Shown in pieces: positions 33,616-44,047 of a stretch of DNA of 61,625 nt. Position 1 is the first letter of the stretch, and the number at the start of each line of letters is the position of its first letter. The notes beneath the pieces were generated by a model. It saw only the letters and a list, made by a program, of their open reading frames with translations. It did no database searches and had not been told where the DNA came from. The DNA is from Candidatus Hermodarchaeota archaeon (GTDB lineage: Archaea > Asgardarchaeota > Lokiarchaeia > Sigyniarchaeales > SOKP01), in contig JBHLLO010000004.1 in the NCBI GenBank assembly GCA_048885535.1, forward strand, positions 1 to 61,625. Reading direction: 5' to 3'. A program made the position numbers and the translations under genes.

Positions 33616-34952
33616 TTAAAGGAATGCCAAAAACTAACTTGGATATTATCGAAAAAAGATTGAAAGCAAATAAAGTAGAAGAGTATGAAATTTTCTTAAT
33701 TGATAGAGATATTTTTGAATCAATTTTTCTTAAAAGTTCTGTAGATAATGAGAGGGAAATTTCTAACTCTGAATATTTTCTAAGAATTTTACATCAAAAT
33801 GAAGAACATACGGGTATTGGAGTAACAAAAGGAAATTCGTTAGACCCTCAAGATATAGATAACAATATCGAAACTTGTCTAAATTTATCAAAAACTAACT
33901 TAAGTTCTAAATATTCTTTCCCTGAACAGAAATCAATGCCGAAAATTGAAACTGTAGATAAAAAAATTTTGAATGATCCAATTGGGATTAAAAATGATTT
34001 ATGTGAGGAGTTAATAGTAGTTGTAAGTAAACATAAGGATGTATTTCCCACTTTTGGAAGATTTCGAATTCATTCACATTCATCATATTTACGAAATAGC
34101 AATGGATTGGATCTTGAATCTTCAAAAACGTTTTTCTTTGTTGAACTCTCAATAAAAGCAGAAAAAAATGGTAAATTAGCAGAATATTGGGCTGTGGATT
34201 ATTATAAGGAGCGAAAACATCTCGATTTAGAAAATAGGATTGGAAAATGGACTAAATATGCTAAAGATACACTATCAGCTGAATTACCAAAGCCAAAGTC
34301 TGATGCTATTGTAATTTTTCCTCCTCATGTATTGAAGGCTGCTATAAATCCAGTAGTAGGTCTTCATTCATTAGCTAAAGCACATTATGAAAATACCTCT
34401 GCTTTTGAAATTGATTCTCAGATCGCATCCAGTAATTTTTCATTACTTGATAATGGGCTGTTAGAAGGAGGATTAAACTCAAGCCCGTGGGACAGAGAAG
34501 GTAACCCTCATCAAAATACTGAAATAATAAATAAAGGAATTTTTAAAAGTCGATTATATGATGAAAAATATGCAATTTTAAAAAACACATCATCAACGGG
34601 AAATGGTGTAATGGGTCTTGGAGGTTCAGTTGCCAACGGAATTAGCAATTTTGTTATTGAACCTGGAGATATATCTTATAACGAAATGATTTCAAATATA
34701 GATGAGGGTTATTTGATTGATAAATTTTCTTGGCTTAATCCTGAATCTATATCAGGGTTCTTTGGAGCAGAAATAAGAAATGGTTATTATATTAAAAATG
34801 GTGAACTAAAAAACCCAATTAAACTTGGTAATGCTAGTGGAAATGTTTTACAAATGATTAAAAACATTCTATATATCTCTGAGGAACGTGAGTTTGTAGA
34901 AAATGGACTTTTTCCTTATATTGCATTTACTGGATTGGAAATTTCTTCTTAA
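33612..34952 (+). CDS. pmbA: PmbA/TldE family protein
   Basis: PWDREG, STGNG, SGFFGAEI; 4-nt overlap with tldD, lacks HExxxH. Confidence 0.85.
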   Translation: MIKGMPKTNLDIIEKRLKANKVEEYEIFLIDRDIFESIFLKSSVDNEREISNSEYFLRILHQNEEHTGIGVTKGNSLDPQDIDNNIETCLNLSKTNLSSKYSFPEQKSMPKIETVDKKILNDPIGIKNDLCEELIVVVSKHKDVFPTFGRFRIHSHSSYLRNSNGLDLESSKTFFFVELSIKAEKNGKLAEYWAVDYYKERKHLDLENRIGKWTKYAKDTLSAELPKPKSDAIVIFPPHVLKAAINPVVGLHSLAKAHYENTSAFEIDSQIASSNFSLLDNGLLEGGLNSSPWDREGNPHQNTEIINKGIFKSRLYDEKYAILKNTSSTGNGVMGLGGSVANGISNFVIEPGDISYNEMISNIDEGYLIDKFSWLNPESISGFFGAEIRNGYYIKNGELKNPIKLGNASGNVLQMIKNILYISEEREFVENGLFPYIAFTGLEISS

Positions 34953-34992
34953 AAGAAGACTTTTTTCCTTTTATATAATAAAATAGAAAAAG

Positions 34993-36213
34993 TTAGGTAT
35001 TATTCTCAATCTTAACTTGGATTAGATTATAATCCCTAGAACCTAAACCGATTTTTTCAGCAGCTTTTAATTGAATTTCCCAACTTTTTGATTGTTTACC
35101 TTCAAAATTTAAATCTAATTCACCTGATGTGAATCTAGGAATATATGAAAACCAATCATAACTTTCGTTAATTGGGAGATTCTTTACTTCAGATAAAATA
35201 GAATTCGGACTTTTTAAAGATCCATGTGCTAAATCAATACAAGCTTGATCTAATGCTACAGGATCCATAGAGGATAATACACCTATATCTGGAATAAAAG
35301 GAACATCACTAGAACCACAGTCACATTGCCAAGTTATATCAATAGCATAATTAATATAAAAAATCTTCTTTTTTCCAAAATAATCAACAACACCTTTGGC
35401 ATTATCTATAAATCTATAAATAAAATCTTCTGTTGTAGTTGATCCTGTGTTAATTACTCCTTTATCACATATAGATCTGCACATATAGCAATAACGGCAT
35501 TTATCCCAATCTTTTTTTAAAATATTATTACCGTTTTTGCTTAAAGCTCCAGTTGGACAAACTGTTATACATTTATCACAATCTTCAATACATTTACTCA
35601 AATCATAATCAAACATCGTACCTAGATGAGCACGAATTTTTTGACCCTTGGCTACACACCCAATACCTAAGTTTTTTAAAGCACCTCCAAAACCAGCACC
35701 TAAATGTCCTTTAAAATGAGTTGCTAATATCATATAATCAAATTCTCTTAAACGACCTGCTACGAATACCTTTTTAAGTAAATTTCCATCAATGGGTTGT
35801 ATTTCATAATCAATCCCATTTGAACCATCTAGCATTAATATCGGAGCTCCCATAGTTTCAAGTGTAAATCCGTGCATTAAAGCAACCTTTAAATACTCTT
35901 CTTCATTAGCTCGGCCACTATATTCTGTATGAACTCCTGATATATCTTCAGGTAAGCCCCAACCACATGATTCAGCTACTGAAGGTATAGCACCAAGTTC
36001 CTTAACATAATCACATAAAAATCTAATATAGGAAGGTCTAAGATATCTAGTGTTTTCTAATGCCCCAAAATGTGTTTTTATAACTATTTTATTATCTTTC
36101 TTGATCTTATTTTTAATCCCAATCTTTTCTAAGGCAAGGGGACCTTTTACTTTACTCATGCTTTCTTTATATGATTGAGAATGTGCTGTGAAAAAATAAA
36201 CTTCTGCCTTCAT
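34993..36213 (-). CDS. DUF362 family Fe-S protein with 2x[4Fe-4S] ferredoxin insert
   Basis: IKTHFG, THFKGH..AGFGGALKNLGIGC, CDKCITVCP, CRYCYMCRSIC, QCDC, DPVALDQAC. Confidence 0.88.
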   Translation of the reverse strand: MKAEVYFFTAHSQSYKESMSKVKGPLALEKIGIKNKIKKDNKIVIKTHFGALENTRYLRPSYIRFLCDYVKELGAIPSVAESCGWGLPEDISGVHTEYSGRANEEEYLKVALMHGFTLETMGAPILMLDGSNGIDYEIQPIDGNLLKKVFVAGRLREFDYMILATHFKGHLGAGFGGALKNLGIGCVAKGQKIRAHLGTMFDYDLSKCIEDCDKCITVCPTGALSKNGNNILKKDWDKCRYCYMCRSICDKGVINTGSTTTEDFIYRFIDNAKGVVDYFGKKKIFYINYAIDITWQCDCGSSDVPFIPDIGVLSSMDPVALDQACIDLAHGSLKSPNSILSEVKNLPINESYDWFSYIPRFTSGELDLNFEGKQSKSWEIQLKAAEKIGLGSRDYNLIQVKIENNT

Positions 36214-36445
36214 TTATAATCACTTTTTCCCAATAAAAAAGAATTTTTGTCTCAAAATATTTTATCTAAATTAAATTTAGCTTTTATTGGGTATAGGATT
36301 TTTCTCAATCTTTTAAACAAAAAACGAATCTTATGACCAATAAATTTAAATAATTGTATCCCTTTCTGTGTACACAGAAGAGAGATTCTGATAACAAAAA
36401 TGAAAGACTTGTATATTTGTTATAAAAAAACCTGAAGGAGAGAAT

Positions 36446-36829
36446 ATGTCAAATAATCAGAAAATAAGAATTCTTGATGTTTTATTGATTGAGAGCGACT
36501 GGGAAACTGCACATATAATTGAAAAATTTTGTGAAATTAAGGGATATTCAATTGAAATAGCAACAACAGGGCAAAGAGGATTAGATGTATTGAAAAAATC
36601 AATACCAAAATTAATACTCTTAAGTATAATGTTGCCTGATATTGCTGGTTATGAAGTATGCAAACAAATTAAATCAAATAATAATTTAAAAAACATACTT
36701 GTTTTCTATTTTACTACTATGCCTGAAAAATTAGTAAAATATAAAGTTGAGGAAACGGGTGCAGATGGGTATATTTTAAAACCATTTAGTTTATCGGAAC
36801 TCTCTGAATTATTAGAATCTATAGTATAA
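36446..36829 (+). CDS. Stand-alone receiver (CheY-like) domain protein, atypical
   Basis: VLLIESD, PKLILLSIMLPDIAGYEVC, GADGYILKPF; phospho-acceptor Asp replaced by Ser. Confidence 0.85.
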   Translation: MSNNQKIRILDVLLIESDWETAHIIEKFCEIKGYSIEIATTGQRGLDVLKKSIPKLILLSIMLPDIAGYEVCKQIKSNNNLKNILVFYFTTMPEKLVKYKVEETGADGYILKPFSLSELSELLESIV

Positions 36830-36987
36830 TTTAGTTATTTTAAAGTTTTTTATTGTAAATTAGGTTTTATTTAAAAAAAATTGAAATTAAATTTAACTCA
36901 AATAGAATAATTATTAGAATAATTATTTTAACGGTGAATTATTCTATAAATATATAAAAGTAAATAAATTATAAAAGTAGAAAATTA

Positions 36988-37218
36988 ATGGCAAATTGCC
37001 CTGAATGCGGTGGTTCTATGAAGTATCAACCTGATATAAAACATTTAGTTTGTCAATCATGTGGACTATCTCTCACACGAGCAGAACTTGAGAGGTATTG
37101 GCAGAGAATAAGAAACGAACGAGGTTCTGAGGTTGATGCCACAGATAAAGCTAAGAACCGCCGTAAAGAATGGTTAGACTGGTACTCTCAGTCTAAAAAA
37201 GAAAAAGAGAATTATTGA
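36988..37218 (+). CDS. Small zinc-ribbon protein
   Basis: MANCPECGG...VCQSCG. Confidence 0.7.
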   Translation: MANCPECGGSMKYQPDIKHLVCQSCGLSLTRAELERYWQRIRNERGSEVDATDKAKNRRKEWLDWYSQSKKEKENY

Positions 37219-37345
37219 GTAGATAAAATTATAAAAAAATCAATAATAAATTCTTAGTTGATTTTCTTCTTATAGTGAATTATTTAACTTTTTATGGATT
37301 TTTAACTTATTAATAAAATACTAATTAGATAATTAGAATATTTCG

Positions 37346-38104
37346 ATGAATGAGATAATAATTTTTAACTATATCATGTTAATTTTCAGTATTGTTGGTA
37401 TAGCAATGTTCATTCTCTTGCTTTTTGTTCCTGCTCCGTATGGGCAGCATATTAATGAGAAGTGGGGACCAACTATTAACAATAAGCTAGGGTGGTTTAT
37501 TATGGAAATCCCTACTATAATAATCTACTTATTTTTCTATCTGATTGGAGGTAGAAAAACAGATATTATGTCAATTGTATTTCTATGTATTTGGATGTTG
37601 CATTATGGTCAAAGAACATTTATATTCCCTTTTTTAATACGAGCAAAACAACCTATGCCATTAACAATAATTAGTTTCGGTCTAATGTTTAATGGAATAA
37701 ACACTTACTTACAAGCAAGATGGATATATACTTTTTCGCTTCCTTACCCCTCAAATTGGATTATAAGTCCGTTTTTCATAGTTGGAGCGATTATATTCTT
37801 TAGTGGCTTTTTCATAAACCTTCATTCTGATAGAATTATACGTAATTTGCGAAAACCTGGAGAAATTGATTATAAAATTCCTTATGGAGGAATGTTTAAT
37901 TACGTGAGTTGTCCAAGTTATTTTGGTGAAATAACTGAATGGGCTGGATGGGCTGTAATGACATGGTCTTTACCCGGACTTGTTTTTGTTTTATGGACAT
38001 TTTTTAATTTAGGTCCAAGAGCACGATCCCATCATAAATGGTATCTTAATACCTTCCCGGATTATCCTAAAAACAGAAAAGCATTAATACCCTATATTTA
38101 TTAA
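37346..38104 (+). CDS. Steroid 5-alpha-reductase (3-oxo-5-alpha-steroid 4-dehydrogenase) family
   Basis: APYG, GWFIMEIP, HYGQR, INLHSD..IRNLRKPG..YKIPYGGMF.YVSCPSYFGEITEW, HHKWY..FPDYP..RKALIP. Confidence 0.9.
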   Translation: MNEIIIFNYIMLIFSIVGIAMFILLLFVPAPYGQHINEKWGPTINNKLGWFIMEIPTIIIYLFFYLIGGRKTDIMSIVFLCIWMLHYGQRTFIFPFLIRAKQPMPLTIISFGLMFNGINTYLQARWIYTFSLPYPSNWIISPFFIVGAIIFFSGFFINLHSDRIIRNLRKPGEIDYKIPYGGMFNYVSCPSYFGEITEWAGWAVMTWSLPGLVFVLWTFFNLGPRARSHHKWYLNTFPDYPKNRKALIPYIY

Positions 38105-38114
38105 AGTAGAAATT

Positions 38115-39092
38115 TTATTTCTTATATTCCTTATAATATTCTGATTTTTTTATAAAAATCTTTCTTAAAAGCCACCTTAAAAGTGGCGTTAAATATCTCT
38201 TAAAACCTATCCATTTTTTTACTTCTTTATAATAATCTTGTAAGTTTAAATTCCTAAAATTGAATAATTCTTGGACTCCATCATCAAAATAGAAACCACA
38301 ATGGTAACCTTCTACAGAAAAGGCTTCCTTTGGCATAAAACCTCTTCCTAAACCCATAATTTCATAAAGATCGTCTAAATGATCCCCATATTTAATTCTA
38401 CAATTTTCACCACCTCCAAGATTGAAAATTTTTCCCCATATATCTTCTCTTTCCAACGCATTTCCTAATGCTTTGCCAATGTCACTAGTTAAAATCATTT
38501 CCATACTTGTATTTAATGGCATTCGAAACATTACAGGATGGAACTTAAGAACTGCTGGTGAAGCACAATAAGCTAACCTAAAAATACAATATTCTAAACC
38601 TGAATTCCTAATTAGTTTTTCTGCTTCAATTTTTGATTCTGCATAGAAATCTCCTTTCGCAGGTCTGATTGGATCTGATAATTTAATTATTGGGTTTTCA
38701 ACTCGATTTCCATAAACAGCTACAGAAGAAGTATATACGATTTTTGGTTTAATTTGTTGCTTTAACATAGAATTTATAATATTTTTAGTCCCCTCTACGT
38801 TAACTGTATGAGTGGTTTCTGGATTGCATTCTTTAGAGATGGGAATAACGGCAGCAATATGTAAAATAATGTCTTGATTAGCAACAGCCTTTTCTACATC
38901 ATTATAATTCTGTAAATCTCCCCAGATGATATTTAATTCTGTTCTATAATTTTTAAACAATTTCTTATTTTTTTTAGAACCTCTGAGAAAAAGAGTAATA
39001 TCATATTTTTCTTTCCTTGTATAAAATTCATGAAAAACTTTTATGCCAACACTTCCCGAGGCTCCAGTAATTAAAATATTCTTTTTTGACAT
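38115..39092 (-). CDS. Extended SDR, NAD-dependent epimerase/3-beta-HSD-like
   Basis: ITGASGSVG, HIAA, VNVEGT, SSVAVYG, YAESK. Confidence 0.85.
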   Translation of the reverse strand: MSKKNILITGASGSVGIKVFHEFYTRKEKYDITLFLRGSKKNKKLFKNYRTELNIIWGDLQNYNDVEKAVANQDIILHIAAVIPISKECNPETTHTVNVEGTKNIINSMLKQQIKPKIVYTSSVAVYGNRVENPIIKLSDPIRPAKGDFYAESKIEAEKLIRNSGLEYCIFRLAYCASPAVLKFHPVMFRMPLNTSMEMILTSDIGKALGNALEREDIWGKIFNLGGGENCRIKYGDHLDDLYEIMGLGRGFMPKEAFSVEGYHCGFYFDDGVQELFNFRNLNLQDYYKEVKKWIGFKRYLTPLLRWLLRKIFIKKSEYYKEYKK

Positions 39093-39111
39093 TGTAAAAA
39101 ATTATTTAATT

Positions 39112-40305
39112 TCATGCAAATTTCCTTTCAAAGATTTCCATTAAGAATTCTTCTAATTTTGGTGCGGGAATGTCTAACAAAGTAATCTCTAAGTGCCTTC
39201 CCCTGTCTTTTTCTTCAATTCTTACGGTTTTTGAGGAAACTACATTTAAATTATTCAATTCTCTAACATATTTCCTAAAGCTCATTTTTACATGAGGTTC
39301 AACTGAATATGCTTCACATATAGCCTGATATTCTTCATAAGCATCTTCCACAATTGTGAAAGGCTCATCTGTATTCATTAATGCTCGTGTAATTCCATAT
39401 AATGCTAAAAGCTCTTGATTACTAAGGCGATCAACAATTTCTCCTCTAAAGGTAGGATAAACTTGATTTGAAGCTTCTCTAATGGCATCCGGAAATATTT
39501 TTTCTAATCCTTCCTTGTCGGCATGCATCCCACTTATTCGTAGGATCTCTATTCCGTGTCGCATATTTTTATGTTGAGCGACGATTTGGCTTACCATATT
39601 TAAAATTTCATTATTTACTGCATTTTCTTTAAAGGCTAAATCACTTCTATATTGTAATATTTGTTTAGATTCATCTAAGTTATAGGGTTTGAGTCTAATA
39701 GTATGATTTATACGACTCAAAATCCTCTCTGTTTCGACATTCATCCAAGCATTACTTCTTGAAATCAAAATGAGAGAAAGTTTGGCATTCTGGTGACCAA
39801 AAGTTTCTGCTATATCTAAAAATGCTAAGATTTCATCAGATTGTAATAAGTGAATTTCATCAATTATTAGAAGCATATAACCTGGTTCTCTAACTAGTTT
39901 TGTTAATATTAACTTTAATGCTTCATCATCACTAAATCCCCTCCCACTTCCATGAGTGTATTTGGCTAAAAGGTCTCTAATTATCTTACTTTTGGTTCGA
40001 AAGTTAATGCAATTATAGTACTCCACAAAGAAATTAACATCTTTTTCGATAGCTATATTTCTAAAATTCTTACCGAAGTATCTGGCCGTTGCTGTCTTAC
40101 CAACTCCTGCCTTTCCTAGAATTAGAAAATTAATTGATGGTTGTTCTAACTCTTCTAAAATCCTTCGAAAAGTAAAAATAAGCTCCTTAATTTCTTTGTC
40201 TCGACAATATAATTTCTCCGGGACATAGCTTAAATCTAGGGAACTGGATTGCCTAAAGACAGATTTCTTCATAAACTCTTTTCTAAATTCATTCTCATCA
40301 GACAT
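39112..40305 (-). CDS. cdc6: Orc1/Cdc6 replication initiator
   Basis: YVPEKLYCRD, Walker A GKAGVGKT, YNC, Walker B IIDE, PYN..IL..R, C-terminal wHTH. Confidence 0.92.
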   Translation of the reverse strand: MSDENEFRKEFMKKSVFRQSSSLDLSYVPEKLYCRDKEIKELIFTFRRILEELEQPSINFLILGKAGVGKTATARYFGKNFRNIAIEKDVNFFVEYYNCINFRTKSKIIRDLLAKYTHGSGRGFSDDEALKLILTKLVREPGYMLLIIDEIHLLQSDEILAFLDIAETFGHQNAKLSLILISRSNAWMNVETERILSRINHTIRLKPYNLDESKQILQYRSDLAFKENAVNNEILNMVSQIVAQHKNMRHGIEILRISGMHADKEGLEKIFPDAIREASNQVYPTFRGEIVDRLSNQELLALYGITRALMNTDEPFTIVEDAYEEYQAICEAYSVEPHVKMSFRKYVRELNNLNVVSSKTVRIEEKDRGRHLEITLLDIPAPKLEEFLMEIFERKFA

Positions 40306-40453
40306 AGCAGAATATCTACCAATTTCAAATATATTATATATTTAAATATAATACGATTTAAGTTTAAAGTTTCTTATACTTAATAAATTGTAATAAGAAC
40401 TATTAGATTAATAAAATAAGCTTATTTTAAAATTTTTTACATTCAAAATAAAT

Positions 40454-41377
40454 TTAAAATTTATTTGAATTATTAAGTGGATGCATCATCGAATAAGATT
40501 GCTTTAATTTTGTAATATCATTTTTGGCATATATTCGCGTTGTATTTGGAGAGCTATGTCCCAATATATCTTGTAATTCACTAATATCCATTCCTGAACG
40601 CCTTAAATGAGTTGCACCTGTATGTCTGAATACATGAGGGGTGACCACTTTTGAATCTGGAAAGCCGCATTTTTCTTTTATTATTTTAATATCAGATTGT
40701 ACAACCCGAGGAGTTAACTTTTTCCCCCATGTATTTACTAAGAGATAATCCTCAGAATCGTATGAAATCCGATTACTGATATGTTCCTTAAAAAAATCTA
40801 ACGTTTTTTTATCAACAGGGACAATTCTCTCTTTATTTCCTTTACCTCTTAATTTTAAATAGCCCTTTTCGAAATCAATATCTTTTATTTGTATATTACA
40901 AAGTTCACTTACTCTTGCCATTGTTGAATATAATAACCTGACGATTAAATAGTATCTTTGACTTTTCTTAGAATTAAAAACAGTTTTGTCGTTTAGTTTC
41001 TTAAAGATTTCTTCTATATCAGAAACTTTAAGGAACTTTGGAAGACTTTCTTCAACCTTAATTTTGGGAGAGTGGATTTTCGTCATTGGATTCTTTTCAA
41101 TATATTCATTTAATGTTAAGAATTTAAAAAAGGACCTTAAACATGCAATTTTTCTCCCAATACCCTTCTTAGTATAATCCATATCTTTTAATTTCTTTAA
41201 AAATAACCTAATCTTTTGCGGGATGATAGGAGAATTTATTTCAATGTCCCCTGCAATTTCAATAAATTTTTCAAGATCATAACGATACGCCTTAATAGTT
41301 GAATGCGTACATCCCTCCTCAACTTCTTTTGAAATTAGAAAATCGTCAATAAAATCTGAAAATTTATGATTTTCCAT
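40454..41377 (-). CDS. xerA: Tyrosine recombinase XerA/XerC-like
   Basis: ARVSEL, GKGNKERIVP, TPHVFRHTGAT, LGHSSPNTTRIY (R-K-H-R-H-Y). Confidence 0.88.
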   Translation of the reverse strand: MENHKFSDFIDDFLISKEVEEGCTHSTIKAYRYDLEKFIEIAGDIEINSPIIPQKIRLFLKKLKDMDYTKKGIGRKIACLRSFFKFLTLNEYIEKNPMTKIHSPKIKVEESLPKFLKVSDIEEIFKKLNDKTVFNSKKSQRYYLIVRLLYSTMARVSELCNIQIKDIDFEKGYLKLRGKGNKERIVPVDKKTLDFFKEHISNRISYDSEDYLLVNTWGKKLTPRVVQSDIKIIKEKCGFPDSKVVTPHVFRHTGATHLRRSGMDISELQDILGHSSPNTTRIYAKNDITKLKQSYSMMHPLNNSNKF

Positions 41378-41542
41378 GATAATTTCAATATGATCGGGAT
41401 ATTACAAAATACAGAGTAATATCTAGGTGACACTTAAATGCATTAAAAATGCATAAACTAAAGTTTTAAATATGACTTTAACAGAAAATATATCTAGGCA
41501 AATTAATCAACGTAAGTTAAATCTCTAAGGTGATAAAATAAT

Positions 41543-42166
41543 ATGCTTTTTCAATATAATTTAATTCAATTTCTCCTTTTATCTTTTTTACCTAGCACTT
41601 CAATTCTTATAGCAAATATATTGTTAATCATAACTGCTCAAAGGAATCGGAAAGAGAATCAGAAATTCTACTTATTCTCTAAAGTTGGAGTAATAAATAT
41701 AATTTGGTTATTTTTGTACCCAAATTTCCTTCTCATGATGGTAATCATAATCATAGATCCATGGTTTTATTTTGCTATTACATCTCAGATAAATCTTATT
41801 GTATCAGACGCAATAAGCTTAGTTACCTATGGTGTTTATTTTATGAAAATTGGATATAGTGATCCAAGCGATGCTAAGAAATTATTAAAAATCTCAGGTA
41901 TTATATGGATGGTTACCCTAAATATATTCTTTATAGTTGATTATATGGTGCTCTACATTCCTCCTGCTTCGTCATTAACCTTTATTATCTTTACATCTAT
42001 TATTACATTATACATAATTCTAATTTCAGCAAGGATTTTATTTCTAATATATAGCATTAAAATAAGAGACAAACGTTTAATTGCTGCAGCAATTTTACTT
42101 CTTATAGCAACATTCTTCGGAGTAGAAATATCTAATCTTAGCTTTTTACTTACTGGAGGATTTTAA
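41543..42166 (+). CDS. Hypothetical multi-pass membrane protein
   Basis: 207-aa ORF, ~6 hydrophobic segments, GGTGA upstream. Confidence 0.6.
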   Translation: MLFQYNLIQFLLLSFLPSTSILIANILLIITAQRNRKENQKFYLFSKVGVINIIWLFLYPNFLLMMVIIIIDPWFYFAITSQINLIVSDAISLVTYGVYFMKIGYSDPSDAKKLLKISGIIWMVTLNIFFIVDYMVLYIPPASSLTFIIFTSIITLYIILISARILFLIYSIKIRDKRLIAAAILLLIATFFGVEISNLSFLLTGGF

Positions 42167-42205
42167 TTATTTCTTTTTCTCAAAAATAAACCTAGGCTTA
42201 ACTTT

Positions 42206-43147
42206 TTAATCTTTTTTTACTTGTCGTAAATATTTACAAGCATTAATTCCTGCACGTGCTCCTTCTGCTGTGGCAAAAACTACTTGAAATAAACCTCCAG
42301 TAACATCCCCAGCAGCGTATACACCTTTTATATTCGTTTGTTGATTTTCATCAACTTTAACATTTCCATTTTCATCTAGTTCAATTCCTGCCTTCTTAAA
42401 AATAGAATTAGAAGGTACATGAGAAATTATAAATAAACAATCTAGTTCAAGTTCCTCTATAATATCCTCACTTACTTCTTCCCTATCACTAGGTTTGATA
42501 ATGATTTTTTGAATTATACCTTCTGAGTCAGATATAGCCTCTTCAATAATTGTATTATCAAGAATTTGGATTCGTTTTTGCTTAACCTCTTCTAACTTTT
42601 CTGGTAATTCACTTATGTCTACATTAGTAATAATATGAACATCGCATCCCATCTGGTCAAGTATTAAAGCGTCTTCCAACATTTCTGTATCATTACCAAA
42701 CAAATATACCTTTTTATCCTTGTATAGGGGACCATCACATAATGCGCAATAAGAAATTCCGAAACCAATTAAAGAACTCTCCCCTTTAATTATTTCTTTC
42801 CTCTTTCCAGTTCCAGAGGCAATAATTACTACATCAGAAGTAATATTCGCTGTTCGAGTAGAAATCATATTAACTCCCATTCCAATCATTAATGAGATAA
42901 CATCACCATCGATTATTCTTACAGTATCGAAACTTTCTGCATGAATTTTGAACTTTTTTAGTAATTCTATACCAGAAATATCTTTTTCACCAATCCAATT
43001 TTGAATTTCTTTTGCTTTAACTAGTGCCGAGGTTTCTTTTCCATCTAAAATTATTGTATCTCTATTTGCTCGTCCACAATAAACACCCGCAGTTAAACCA
43101 GCAGGACCCGCTCCAATTATTAATACTTCACATGTGTATTCATCCAT
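42206..43147 (-). CDS. trxB: Thioredoxin reductase-like flavoprotein
   Basis: IIGAGPAG, IIASG, GISYCALCDG, TNIKGVYAAGD. Confidence 0.8.
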   Translation of the reverse strand: MDEYTCEVLIIGAGPAGLTAGVYCGRANRDTIILDGKETSALVKAKEIQNWIGEKDISGIELLKKFKIHAESFDTVRIIDGDVISLMIGMGVNMISTRTANITSDVVIIASGTGKRKEIIKGESSLIGFGISYCALCDGPLYKDKKVYLFGNDTEMLEDALILDQMGCDVHIITNVDISELPEKLEEVKQKRIQILDNTIIEEAISDSEGIIQKIIIKPSDREEVSEDIIEELELDCLFIISHVPSNSIFKKAGIELDENGNVKVDENQQTNIKGVYAAGDVTGGLFQVVFATAEGARAGINACKYLRQVKKD

Positions 43148-43381
43148 CAGAATTAACCTTATACTTATCTTATATAAATAAAGATTTGTTAGCTTTCTTA
43201 AATTTTTTTACCTTTTAATTTAAAACATTATATTATCAGAATTAAAAACAATTTTTCTATATATTACTTGATTAACCCGTTATTACTTAACTAATCTTTC
43301 ATTACAGCACATTTTTATACATGATTGCGTAGGTATAATGTAAAAATCTAACTACAAAATACACAATAAAGGTGAAAGAAT

Positions 43382-44047
43382 TTGAAAACAAAGAAAGGAT
43401 TAAAAATAATTACAATCATAGGGATAATCTTGGTTATTTTAGGTCCAATTTTAGGACTTACCTTAAATAAAGTCGGTATAGTTTCTCAAGGTCCAACAAA
43501 TCCAGTTGTAATACAAGAAAGTAGTTCAACTACAATTCGGGATGCTTATTCGAAATTAATAACACTCACAAAAAACCAAAAAATGGTAATTGAATTTTCA
43601 GTATATTATCCGAATGTTTCAGCAAACATAATAATTTTAGGGAAAGGTACGTATGATCAGCAGTATGCTCTGGATAATGCTCCACCTGGATCTGGCTTAA
43701 CCTTTATCTATTCACAATTTACTTGGGGGCAATATGTACCAAGTTCAGCATCACCAGCAAATGTCCTCTCAATAACAAATGAAGGTTATTGGTATATTGA
43801 GTTTGCTGGCAGTGTATCCGGAAATTATCTGATCTCAAGACCAGGAAATTACATGGTTGTTGTATATGGTCTTAATACTGGACCTCCAGCAGCTACAAAT
43901 GTTACATTCGAAATAAGTGTCAAAGTTGACGGACCTGGGGGATTTTTAAACACATTCTTTTTAACAATAGGTATAATACTTCTTGCTGCTGCTGCTATCT
44001 TATTTTCTTATAGTTATCTCAATAAATTAAGGAGGGGTATTGACTAA
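43382..44047 (+). CDS. Hypothetical membrane-anchored protein (N- and C-terminal TM, extracellular beta domain)
   Basis: TTG start 6 nt after GGTGA; hydrophobic ends. Confidence 0.65.
   Translation: MKTKKGLKIITIIGIILVILGPILGLTLNKVGIVSQGPTNPVVIQESSSTTIRDAYSKLITLTKNQKMVIEFSVYYPNVSANIIILGKGTYDQQYALDNAPPGSGLTFIYSQFTWGQYVPSSASPANVLSITNEGYWYIEFAGSVSGNYLISRPGNYMVVVYGLNTGPPAATNVTFEISVKVDGPGGFLNTFFLTIGIILLAAAAILFSYSYLNKLRRGID

Noticed and set aside
40306-40453. Replication origin next to cdc6
   Set aside because: AT-rich but no repeated ORB/mini-ORB motifs recognisable; cannot be supported from sequence alone.
40454-41377. Integrase of a provirus or mobile element
   Set aside because: No att repeats, tRNA target or viral/plasmid genes; protein looks like chromosomal XerA.
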